DNA from: Pseudomonadota bacterium
GTDB lineage: Bacteria > Pseudomonadota > Alphaproteobacteria > Geminicoccales > Geminicoccaceae
Assembly: GCA_039028235.1 (NCBI GenBank)
Contig: JBCCIN010000001.1
Coordinates: 1 to 47,126 of the forward strand
DNA length: 47,126 nucleotides
Reading direction: 5' to 3'
Below, piece by piece: positions 27,541-36,526 of this stretch. The notes under the pieces were generated by a model. The model saw only the letters and a program-made list of their open reading frames with translations, did no database searches and was not told the origin of the DNA. The translations under genes and the position numbers were made by a program. How positions within the stretch are numbered: the stretch's first letter is position 1; the number at the start of each line of letters is the position of its first letter.

Positions 27541-27930
27541 CGAATTGCGTCATTCTGAATAGCGTTCTCAGTCATTTAACAAAAATTATCCACAATAGCA
27601 AAATCGTTTTGGAAGCCATCATCGATCGACGTGATGATTCGTTCGAATTGTTGCAGTGACGACAACAAACCACCTCCGAGCGATGATGACCCGACGGCGC
27701 CGACTTTCGACTGGCCCGCCCGAGCTTCAACACCAACCCAATCTACCAAGCATCCGTTTATTAACCGTTAACGCGGACGTAATCCGAGCATCCCGCGCGA
27801 CGCCCTCGCTCAGACGGTCGATTTCTATCTAGACGGGCACATTTGTTCGCTATGGCAACTTTTCGTTAACCAAAGAGCCTTACCTTGGCGGTCAGTTCGG
27901 TAAACCAAGGCCATGAGGATCTGACACGCC

Positions 27931-29250
27931 ATGCCGATGCTTGTCAGTAAGTTCATTCTTCTTGTTTTCCTTTGGGGCTTGCCACTCGGCGCATCACCCA
28001 TGGCGTCGGAGACATGGCAAGAGCTCAGCAAGGACGGGTTGCGCGCAGCCGACGAGGGTCGGTTCAGGGACGCCGAAATCCTGTTCCGTCGAGCGCATGA
28101 GAAGAGCTCGGTCTTCGACAGGGACGATCCGCGCCATGCAGCCGGCCTCAACAACCTGGCTTTCGCGCTTCATGCCAATGGCCAATATGCTGCGGCTGCC
28201 GATCTCTATCTTGAAGCGCTCACCATCCGCGAGACCATGCTCGGTCATCGTCATCCCGACGTCGCGATAAGCTGCAACAATCTCGGCGAGCTTTACCGTC
28301 TACTCGGTCGATACGAAGAAGCGGAGCGTTTTCATCGCCGCGCTCTCGACATCCGGACGGGGCTATTCGGCGAAGAGCATCCCGAGACAGCACAGTCAAT
28401 GAACAGCCTTGGCGTGCTGTACGCTCATCGCAGACTGTTCGATGAGGCCGAGGAACTCTATCGAGTTGCCCTCGAAGTTCGGAAAAGCTCCTATGGCGAC
28501 GATCATCCGGCGACGGCCGAAACGCGCAACAATCTGGCCACCCTTCATTACGCCGATGGCCGCTTCGCCGAAGCCGAAGCCCTTTATCTCCAGGCGATAG
28601 CGATCGAAGAGCGGACCCTCAACGGACAACATCCGGCCCTTGCGACAACGCTGTCGAATCTGGCCGAACTCTACCGCTCGCAAGGCAAGCTGGATCAGGC
28701 ACTTGAACTGCACCAGCGCGCCGTCGACATCAGAAAGCAGGGGCTCGGCATCGACCATCCGGTCACGGCGCAGAGCCTGAACAACATCGCCGTGACCGAG
28801 TTCGAGCGAGGCAATAGTGGGGACGCTGAAAGGCTATATAGAGAGAGCTTGCGCATTCAAGAGGCTATTCTTGGCAACGCCCATCCGGATCTCGCCTTGA
28901 CGCTGAACAATCTAGCCGAATTGCTACGCAGCGAGCGTCGATTCGACGAGGCTAAGCCGCTCTATCGACGGGCGCTTGCCATTGATGAAGCCATCTTTGG
29001 CGCCGAACATCCGGATCTCGCACTCGGCCTTAACAATCTGGCCCTGCTGCATTTCGATAAAGGTGCCTACCTCGAAGCGGAACAATTGCTGGATCGGGCT
29101 GTCGCCATCGAGGAAGACCGTGATAGAGGGGACAATACGGACCTGATCGTGACCCTTGAGAACCACGCCATCGTTCTTCGAGAACTTCGTCGTCATCGCG
29201 AGGCGGAAGAAGCCGAAGCCAAGGCAGAGAGCCTGCGCGCACAGCTTTGA
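27931..29250 (+). CDS. secreted tetratricopeptide-repeat protein (kinesin-light-chain-type 42-aa TPR units)
   Basis: 439 aa with signal peptide MPMLVSKFILLVFLWGLPLGASP. Eight to nine consecutive 42-residue units follow the pattern A..LNNLA.L....G.Y.EAE.LY.RAL.I.E...G..HPD. Confidence 0.85.
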   Translation: MPMLVSKFILLVFLWGLPLGASPMASETWQELSKDGLRAADEGRFRDAEILFRRAHEKSSVFDRDDPRHAAGLNNLAFALHANGQYAAAADLYLEALTIRETMLGHRHPDVAISCNNLGELYRLLGRYEEAERFHRRALDIRTGLFGEEHPETAQSMNSLGVLYAHRRLFDEAEELYRVALEVRKSSYGDDHPATAETRNNLATLHYADGRFAEAEALYLQAIAIEERTLNGQHPALATTLSNLAELYRSQGKLDQALELHQRAVDIRKQGLGIDHPVTAQSLNNIAVTEFERGNSGDAERLYRESLRIQEAILGNAHPDLALTLNNLAELLRSERRFDEAKPLYRRALAIDEAIFGAEHPDLALGLNNLALLHFDKGAYLEAEQLLDRAVAIEEDRDRGDNTDLIVTLENHAIVLRELRRHREAEEAEAKAESLRAQL

Positions 29251-29598
29251 ATCGATGGGCTTATCTTCGGGCAACCCATAGCAATCACCAGGGCATTTCC
29301 GTCGATACGGGACCTGCAATCTCACATCACGCTATCGTCGTCCGCTCTTGAGCGATAGAGCTTCCTCAGCCTCGGCTGCTGAGAGACTAGTCCTCGCGAT
29401 CCCTTCAGATGGTTCTGGCTTCAGGCCAATTGGAGTACGCGGACGGTCAATTGGTAACGGGAGCGACCAACCATAGAACCGCATCAGACTTCGATGCTTC
29501 TGATCGAATCATCGGGGAGGCTGGTGACACCGCAACCAACGACGTCGCCGCAAAACGAGGCCGTTGTGGAAGACGCTGCCTTTTGAAGCGCGACTCCC

Positions 29599-30057
29599 CT
29601 AAAGCGCGTAGTCGACTTCGCGCTGTGACGCCTCGCTGACCACCCCACGTTCTTTGGCACGACTGCAAAGGTCATCGATGGTCACGCGGTCGAGCCGGCT
29701 CATCAATTCATGCTCGGTGTTCGCCCAAAACGGGCCGACCACTTTTCTGCCGAGTTCGGACGCTGAGCCGAACTCTTCCTGCGCCGGCTGCTCTTCGATG
29801 CCGCGCACAACGCGAACCACGTCGCCGACACTCACACGATTACGCTCGCGTGCCAGCCGGTAGCCGCCACGCGGACCGCGCACACCGCGCAAAATCCCTG
29901 CTCTCACAAGCTGTTGCATCACCTGTTCTAGATAGCGTCTCGGCAAGATCAGACGTCGCGCGATATCCTGGCTTTGCACCGGCTCCGGGCCGCCGTGAAA
30001 CGCTATGTCAGTGACCGCCTCGAGCGCCAAAACCAGTTTCTTTGAAGGTCTTAGCAT
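29599..30057 (-). CDS. Rrf2 family transcriptional regulator
   Basis: 152 aa. N-terminal wHTH (LALEAVTDIAF...QSQDIARRLILPRRYLEQVMQQLVRAGILRGVRGPRGGYRLAR). No obvious three-Cys cluster-ligand motif in the C-terminal half. Confidence 0.9.
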   Translation of the reverse strand: MLRPSKKLVLALEAVTDIAFHGGPEPVQSQDIARRLILPRRYLEQVMQQLVRAGILRGVRGPRGGYRLARERNRVSVGDVVRVVRGIEEQPAQEEFGSASELGRKVVGPFWANTEHELMSRLDRVTIDDLCSRAKERGVVSEASQREVDYAL

Positions 30058-30169
30058 GGCAATCCATCCCGCATTTCGATTTTCCTAATTGAGGTCATCC
30101 TAATTTAGATGTGTCGCCTCCTTCAAATTGACAGGGGTCTTGCGTCTTTCTTCGCCTGATTCTTGATGG

Positions 30170-31396
30170 TCAGCCCCCGGTCGCGACATTCCGACGTTCA
30201 TCGACATGCTGGGCTATTCGCTGAACAAGTCGCTCTGCCACCGCCGCCTTGGTAAGCTTGGGCCACACTTCGGGCGGCCGGTCCCTTCGCAGCAACTGAA
30301 CAGTATTATGAACATCGCCGAAGGTGTTTTGTTCCGCCGATACGTTGTTGGCGATGATCCAATCACAACCTTTAGCTGCAAGCTTTCTCGAAGCGTTCTC
30401 CGCCATTTTTTCGGTCTCGGCGGCAAAGCCGATCACAAGCCGAGGCCGATTTTCGCTGTCATTGGCGAGCGTTTTCAGAATGTCCGGGTTTTCGACCAGG
30501 TCTATGTAAGGCGGTGCCTCGCCATGCTTTTTCTTGATTTTCTGCCCCCGAAGATCGGCCGGACGCCAGTCCGACACCGCGGCAACGCACACCGCGATAT
30601 CGACGGGAAGCGTCCGCTCACAGGCCTCCAGCATCTCGATTGCCGAGCGGACCCTGATCACCTCCGTTCCAGCCGGGTCCGGCTCAGCCACCGGGCCGGA
30701 GACCAGCATCACTTCGGCACCGGCTCGCGCCAGCGCATCGGCGATGGCGTGGCCCTGTTTGCCGGAAGAATGATTGCTGAGAAAGCGCACGGGATCGATC
30801 GCCTCGACCGTCGGCCCGCTGGTGACAAGCGCGCGTTTGCCTAAAAGCGGTCGATCGTTCGACAGCAGGAAAGCTACGATCGCTCCGACGATCTCATCGG
30901 GCTCCGCCATCCGGCCAAACCCGGTCTCGCCACAGGCCATGTCGCCCTGGTTCGGACCGATCAGCCGGATCCCGTCCGCCTTCAGCCGCTCGACATTGCG
31001 CCTGGTCGCCGGATGTTGCCACATCTCGGGGTTCATCGCAGGTGCGATCAATACCAGCTTATCCGTCGCCATCAATGCCGTCGAGGCGAGGTCGTTCGCG
31101 AGCCCGTTCGCCATCTTCCCGATCAGATCGGCGGTCGCCGGCGCCACCACCACCAGATCGGCATCCCGCGACAGCTGGATATGCCCCATCTCCGCCTCAT
31201 CGGTCAGCGAAAACAGGTCAGTGAAGACCTTGTCGCCGGTGAGGCTAGCGACCGAAAGCGGGGTGACGAAAGAAGCCCCCGCCTCGGTCAGAATGCAGCG
31301 AACGGCAATCCCTCGGTCTTTGAGCCTGCGGATCACTTCCAGGCTCTTATAGGCAGCAATGCCGCCGGCTATGATCAGGAGAACGCGACTGGACAC
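30170..31396 (-). CDS. coaBC: bifunctional phosphopantothenoylcysteine decarboxylase / phosphopantothenate-cysteine ligase
   Basis: The track ORF starts at GTG 31495. I prefer GTG 31396 after GGAAGGGA (VSSRVLLIIAGGIAAYK flavoprotein N-terminus). PAMNPEMW; C-terminal ligase domain SSGKQG, AAVSDWRP. Confidence 0.9.
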   Translation of the reverse strand: MSSRVLLIIAGGIAAYKSLEVIRRLKDRGIAVRCILTEAGASFVTPLSVASLTGDKVFTDLFSLTDEAEMGHIQLSRDADLVVVAPATADLIGKMANGLANDLASTALMATDKLVLIAPAMNPEMWQHPATRRNVERLKADGIRLIGPNQGDMACGETGFGRMAEPDEIVGAIVAFLLSNDRPLLGKRALVTSGPTVEAIDPVRFLSNHSSGKQGHAIADALARAGAEVMLVSGPVAEPDPAGTEVIRVRSAIEMLEACERTLPVDIAVCVAAVSDWRPADLRGQKIKKKHGEAPPYIDLVENPDILKTLANDSENRPRLVIGFAAETEKMAENASRKLAAKGCDWIIANNVSAEQNTFGDVHNTVQLLRRDRPPEVWPKLTKAAVAERLVQRIAQHVDERRNVATGG

Positions 31397-31539
31397 GACG
31401 CCAATTCCCTTCCTCTCAGAACATCGGGCGATGTGATCACTCAAGATGACAGATGGGCATGCCCTTGCAAATCGCCAGCCCGATCTCAACACCACGTGTC
31501 CTGCAATCCGAAATGGCTTCTTTCAGCGCGACGCGCCGG

Positions 31540-33063
31540 TCACAAAAGGGTGCCGATCACCACGCCCGCGGTGACCAGCAGCACCGCCCAGCCGATCGGT
31601 GCGAGGCTGTTCTGTCCGCCCTTCCAGGCCCCGGCATCGAGCTTGACACCGTCGTCAAGCGCCGATTCGAGCGCCCGCTCGGCCCGTTCGATCAATTGAG
31701 GAAGACGACGGAACGTGTCGATCCCATCGTCGACGACCGTGCGCAGCTGTGCCTGGGGTCCGAGATTGTCGATCATCCAGCTTTCGATCAGCGGCTGGGC
31801 AAGCTCCCACATATTGACGTCGGGGTTCAGCCTTCGCCCCACCCCCTCGGCCACCACCATGGTCTTTTGCAGCAGCAGGAGCTGCGGTTGGGTCTCCATG
31901 GCGAATGTCTCGGTGACCTCGAAGAGCTGGCCGAGCAGACGGCCTATCGATATCTCGGCGAGCGGACGATCGCGGATCGGCTCGGCGATCGAGCGGCAGG
32001 CCTGCATGAACGCCTGCTTGTCCTGACCCGCCGGCACATAACCCGCATCGAAGTGGACATCCGCGACGCGCTTGTAGTCGGCGGTGAGAAAGCCGAGCAG
32101 CATCTCGCCGAGAAAACGCCGGGTCGCCGGATCGAGGCGCCCCATGATGCCGAAATCCACCGGCACCATGTCGCCCTGCTCGTCGATGAACATGTTGCCG
32201 GGGTGCATATCGGCATGAAAGAAGCCGTCGCGGAACACCTGCTTGAAGGTGATCTCGGCTGCGCGCTGCAGAATGAGATCGGGATCGAAACCCGCCTCGA
32301 TCATGCCGTCACGATCATCGGAGGCGAGCCCTTTGACCCGCTCAAGGGTCAGCACCCGCCTTGCCGTTCGCTGCCAGTCGATCGCCGGCACGCGAAAGCC
32401 GGGATCATCCGCGCAGTTCTCCGAAAGCTCGGCTGCAGCCGCCGCCTCCAGGCGAAGATCCATCTCGATCCTCGTTGAAGCCGCATACGTCTCGACCGCC
32501 GCCGTCGGCTTTAGACGGCGGATGCCGGGCTGCAGCCGCTCGACCCAGGATGCGATCCAGGCGAAGAGGTCAAGATCTGCGGCCATCTGCCGCTCGATCC
32601 CTGGCCGCAGCACCTTGACCGCGACCTCGTCGCCCGCACTGGTCACGGCGAAGTGCACCTGCGCGATCGATGCCGCCGCCACCGGCTCTGGGTCGAAGGA
32701 TTGAAAAAGCTGGTCCAAAGGTTCGCCGAGCTCGCTCTCGATCAGCCGTCTCGCCGTTTCCCCATCAAAAGGCGGCAGGCGATCCTGCAGCTCGGAGAGG
32801 TCGGCAGCGAAGCGTTCGCCGAAGAGATCGGCGCGGGTTGCGAGGCTCTGCCCAAACTTGATGAAGCTAGGTCCCAACGCCTGGAGCGCTCTAGCCAGGC
32901 GCTGTCCGGGCCGCCCCGGCGCCGTCTGGTCGGAAAACCGACGGCAAAGCCGCGGGACAAGACCCGGAAGCGGCAGCCATTCGATGAAGAACAGCGCATT
33001 ATGCCGGGCAAGGCATCGGATGATCTGAATCAGCCTTATCAGATGCCGAAAGGACCGCCACAC
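31540..33063 (-). CDS. ubiB: ubiquinone biosynthesis regulatory kinase-like protein UbiB (ABC1/ADCK family)
   Basis: The track ORF extends to 33297 over ubiE. A GTG at 33063 lies 2 nt past the ubiE stop. Motifs FIKFGQSLATR, AAASIAQVH, HADMHPGN. C-terminal TM. Confidence 0.9.
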   Translation of the reverse strand: MWRSFRHLIRLIQIIRCLARHNALFFIEWLPLPGLVPRLCRRFSDQTAPGRPGQRLARALQALGPSFIKFGQSLATRADLFGERFAADLSELQDRLPPFDGETARRLIESELGEPLDQLFQSFDPEPVAAASIAQVHFAVTSAGDEVAVKVLRPGIERQMAADLDLFAWIASWVERLQPGIRRLKPTAAVETYAASTRIEMDLRLEAAAAAELSENCADDPGFRVPAIDWQRTARRVLTLERVKGLASDDRDGMIEAGFDPDLILQRAAEITFKQVFRDGFFHADMHPGNMFIDEQGDMVPVDFGIMGRLDPATRRFLGEMLLGFLTADYKRVADVHFDAGYVPAGQDKQAFMQACRSIAEPIRDRPLAEISIGRLLGQLFEVTETFAMETQPQLLLLQKTMVVAEGVGRRLNPDVNMWELAQPLIESWMIDNLGPQAQLRTVVDDGIDTFRRLPQLIERAERALESALDDGVKLDAGAWKGGQNSLAPIGWAVLLVTAGVVIGTLL

Positions 33064-33065
33064 GA

Positions 33066-33887
33066 TCAGATGCGCCAGGCGGTATGCAGCGCGGCGACGC
33101 CGCCTGTCATATTGCGGCAGCGGACGCGCGCAAGACCGGCCGCTTCGATCATCGCCGCAAACCTGTTCTGATCGGGAAAGCGCCGGATGCTTTCCACCAG
33201 ATATTGGTACGCCTCCCGATCGTCGGCGATGCGCTCGCCGAGCCAGGGAACGACGCTGAAGGAATAAGCGTCGTAGAGCGGCTGCAGGTCCTGCCATTGA
33301 AGCGACGAGAATTCGAGGCAGAGAAAACGGCCGCCCGGTTTCAGGACGCGGCAGGCTTCCTCGAGAGCGCGCTCGACATGGGTGACGTTACGGATGCCGA
33401 ACGCGATGGTGTAGGCGTCCATGCTGCCGCTCGCGATCGGCAGGCGCTCGGCGTCGGCCGCGATCCAGTCGATGCCGGAAAGCCTGTTCTGGTCGATCGC
33501 CCGGTCACGTCCGACCGCGAGCATCGCCGGGTTGATATCGGCGACCGTGATCGCCGCAGGCGGCCCTCCCCCCCCCTTCAGCCGATCGAGGACGCGAAAG
33601 GTGATGTCACCCGTGCCGCCGGCGACATCGACCAAGCGCATACCCGGCCGGGGCGCCAGGACGTCGACCATGGACGCCTTCCACAGCCGGTGGACGCCGC
33701 CGCTCATCACGTCGTTCATAAGGTCGTAACGATCCGCGACTCGGGCGAACAGGTCACCGACCATCGCCGCCTTTTCCTCGGCATGCACCTCCTTGAAGCC
33801 AAAGGAGGTCGAGAGCCGCTTCGCCGGCTCGTCGATAGCGGTCGTTCGGCGAGCGGCCTTGTCTGGAAGATCGGTCATGATGCCCAT
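33066..33887 (-). CDS. ubiE: demethylmenaquinone / 2-methoxy-6-polyprenyl-1,4-benzoquinol methyltransferase
   Basis: I trimmed to ATG 33887 (MGIMTD...). VADRYDLMNDVMSGGVHRLWK; SAM motif VDVAGGTGD; FGIRNV. Confidence 0.9.
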   Translation of the reverse strand: MGIMTDLPDKAARRTTAIDEPAKRLSTSFGFKEVHAEEKAAMVGDLFARVADRYDLMNDVMSGGVHRLWKASMVDVLAPRPGMRLVDVAGGTGDITFRVLDRLKGGGGPPAAITVADINPAMLAVGRDRAIDQNRLSGIDWIAADAERLPIASGSMDAYTIAFGIRNVTHVERALEEACRVLKPGGRFLCLEFSSLQWQDLQPLYDAYSFSVVPWLGERIADDREAYQYLVESIRRFPDQNRFAAMIEAAGLARVRCRNMTGGVAALHTAWRI

Positions 33888-33994
33888 ATGTCGACGATCC
33901 GGCGGTGCGCCGGCTGGTCGATGTTGTACGAAAGCCGCCGGCATGCGACAAGCGCCGCCATGGTCGGTCGGGAAAAGCGGGAGGTGGTAGCGCC

Positions 33995-34810
33995 ATGCCG
34001 GAACTGCCGGAAGTCGAGACCGCGATGCGCGGGCTTGAAGCCCGCTTGGTCGGCCGGACGATCGTCGACGTCGCCCAACATCGGGCCGATCTGCGCTTCC
34101 CGCTGCCGGAAGCCTTGGCCGAGCGACTCGCCGGCTGCCGCATCCTCGGCTTTCGCCGCCGCGCCAAATATATCCTCGCCGAACTCGACAACGCGCACCG
34201 CCTTCTTCTGCACCTCGGTATGTCCGGCCGGCTGCTGTTCGACGGCGATCCAGCGGGGCCTCATGAGCACCTGACCTTCGGCTTCGATGACGGCACCACG
34301 CTTCGCTATGTCGATCCGAGACGCTTCGGCATGCTCGATCTGGTGGCCGAGGCCAAGCTCGACGGCCACCCTCGCCTTGCCGGCCTCGGGCTGGAGCCCC
34401 TCGATCCCGGTTTCGACGGCAAGGCGCTAGGACGCGTGCTCCGAGGCCGCATCAGCCCGATCAAAACGGCGATCATGAACCAGAAGCTGGTGGTCGGGGT
34501 CGGCAATATCTATGCCTGCGAAAGCCTGTTCAAGGCGCGCATCTCCCCGCTTCGCCCGGCTGATCGCCTGAAGCCCGCCGAGTGCCGAAAGCTCGCAGAC
34601 GCCATCAGGAGCGTGCTCTCATCAGCCATCGAGGCCGGCGGCTCCTCCCTCCGCGACTATGTCCAGACCGACGGCGAGCTTGGCTATTTTCAGCACAGCT
34701 TCGAGGTCTATGGACGAGCCGAGCAACCCTGCCCGGCCTGCGAGCGGGCGGTGCGGACGACCGTTCAGGCCAACCGCACGACCTTTTATTGTAAGCACTG
34801 TCAGCGCTGA
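33995..34810 (+). CDS. mutM: formamidopyrimidine-DNA glycosylase
   Basis: I trimmed to ATG 33995 after GGGAGGTGG. Canonical MPELPEVET N-terminus and C-terminal zinc finger CPACERAV...FYCKHCQ. Confidence 0.95.
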   Translation: MPELPEVETAMRGLEARLVGRTIVDVAQHRADLRFPLPEALAERLAGCRILGFRRRAKYILAELDNAHRLLLHLGMSGRLLFDGDPAGPHEHLTFGFDDGTTLRYVDPRRFGMLDLVAEAKLDGHPRLAGLGLEPLDPGFDGKALGRVLRGRISPIKTAIMNQKLVVGVGNIYACESLFKARISPLRPADRLKPAECRKLADAIRSVLSSAIEAGGSSLRDYVQTDGELGYFQHSFEVYGRAEQPCPACERAVRTTVQANRTTFYCKHCQR

Positions 34811-34977
34811 GCGCGGCCGGTCTCAGAGAGCATGCTCCCTGAAGCAGTCGTGGCTCGAGAAGAGAACGTCCTGTCAAGTCTAGACGTCGGTGGTGCTCTT
34901 GTTGTTTATTCCGGCTCCGTTTTGGCGGGCGGATCGGGGACAAAAATTGTCCGAACGCCGAGCAGGGGGAGAAGAAC

Positions 34978-35748
34978 ATGGCTTATGACACTCTTTTGGT
35001 CGACAGCCGCGATCCGGTCGGGGTGATCACGCTCAACCGGCCGAAAGTGAATGCGCTGAACAGTCAGGTGATCGACGAGCTCAATCAGGCGCTCACAGCC
35101 TTCGATGCCGATCCCGACATCGCCGCCATCGTGCTCACCGGCTCAGACCGGGTGTTCGCGGCCGGTGCCGATATCGCGGAGATGGAGCAGAAGGACTTCG
35201 CGGACGTGCAGCAGAGCGACTTCATTCGCCCGTGGCAGCGTGTTACCGAAGTCAGGAAGCCGATCATCGCGGCGGTCGCCGGCCATGCGCTCGGCGGCGG
35301 CTGCGAGCTCGCCATGATGTGTGACATTATCATCGCTGCGGACAACGCCAAATTCGGTCAGCCGGAAATCAATCTCGGCACGATCCCGGGCGCCGGCGGC
35401 ACCCAGCGCCTGACCCGCGCCATCGGCAAATCGAAAGCGATGGAGATGGTGCTCACGGGCCATATGATGGACGCCGAGGCCGCGGAACGGGCCAATCTCG
35501 TCGCCCGGGTCGTGCCGGTCGCCAATCTCCTGGACGAGGCGATCAAGCTCGCCACGACCATTGCCGAGAAATCCCAGCCGATCGTCGCCATGGCCAAGGA
35601 TGCGGTGAATATCGCTTATGAAACATCGCTGAACGAGGGCATTCGAGCGGAACGCCGGCTATTCTATGCGACGTTTGCGACCGAGGATCGCAAGGAAGGG
35701 ATGCAGGCCTTCCTGGAAAAGCGCACGCCCAGCTTCAATCAGCGTTGA
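34978..35748 (+). CDS. enoyl-CoA hydratase (crotonase family)
   Basis: 256 aa. [35 protein letters not shown]. Confidence 0.9.
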   Translation: MAYDTLLVDSRDPVGVITLNRPKVNALNSQVIDELNQALTAFDADPDIAAIVLTGSDRVFAAGADIAEMEQKDFADVQQSDFIRPWQRVTEVRKPIIAAVAGHALGGGCELAMMCDIIIAADNAKFGQPEINLGTIPGAGGTQRLTRAIGKSKAMEMVLTGHMMDAEAAERANLVARVVPVANLLDEAIKLATTIAEKSQPIVAMAKDAVNIAYETSLNEGIRAERRLFYATFATEDRKEGMQAFLEKRTPSFNQR

Positions 35749-35872
35749 ACGGCTGCCACCCGGGGCCCGGCTGATCTTTGAAAATATCAGGCGTGCCGCC
35801 GTGTTGACGCGTAGCGGCAGGGCCTTTATATGACCTGCTGCACGATTTCGTAATCGAGGTTCGAAAACGCAT

Positions 35873-36157
35873 ATGGCTCATCATCGTTCAGCCAAGAAAC
35901 GCATCCGGCAGACGGAGCGGCGCACCCTGGCCAACCGGGCGCGTACCAGCCGGATCAGAAGTTACATCAAGAAGGTGGAAGCGGCCGTCGCCGGCGGCGA
36001 TGCCGAAGCAGCGAAGAGTGCGCTGCGTGAAGCCGAGCCGGAGATCAGGCGCGGCGTCAGAAAGGGTGTTCTCAAGCTGAATACGGCTTCTCGTCGGATC
36101 TCACGGCTCACCCGTCGCGTGAACCAGCTTTCGACCGGCGAAGGGGCTTCAGCCTGA
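35873..36157 (+). CDS. rpsT: 30S ribosomal protein S20
   Basis: 94 aa. MAHHRSAKKRIRQTERR N-terminus. Confidence 0.95.
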   Translation: MAHHRSAKKRIRQTERRTLANRARTSRIRSYIKKVEAAVAGGDAEAAKSALREAEPEIRRGVRKGVLKLNTASRRISRLTRRVNQLSTGEGASA

Positions 36158-36195
36158 CGGCAACACTTTTCTACCTATGGATGTTCGGAGAAGAG

Positions 36196-36224
36196 GCCCC
36201 GTCATGTGACATGGGGCTTTTTTT
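36196..36224 (+). terminator. intrinsic terminator after rpsT
   Basis: Stem GCCCCGT (36196-36202) pairs with ATGGGGC (36211-36217; one G-U pair). 8-nt loop, then a run of 7 T at 36218-36224. Confidence 0.7.
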
Positions 36225-36526
36225 CTGAGAGAATCGAAGGAAATTTCAGGCAAATCTAAGCACATTGTAAGAAATTTTTTCATCAACTTTAGCGCGATAA
36301 TTGCTGTTCTCCTTTCGGTCACCTTGTCAGCCCTTTGGCGTGCAATTACCGTATTGTCACAGTTGAATGACAGTTTTCGCTGAGCTCGAAGCCTGTTCTC
36401 TGACGGCACGATTGCTTGCCGATCAACTTCGAGTTTTGCAATGAACGAACAGGCTGAGCGTCCTTTTTGCCGTCAGTGACTCTTAACTCGGGCTGATAAT
36501 GCCATGGCTGTAGCGCCGAAAAGACT

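Noticed and set aside
36158-36526. The rpsT-dnaA spacer considered as oriC or a DnaA autoregulation site.
   Set aside because: I found no DnaA-box-like 9-mers (two mismatches or fewer) by eye and no repeated AT-rich 13-mers. Only the rpsT terminator is convincing here.
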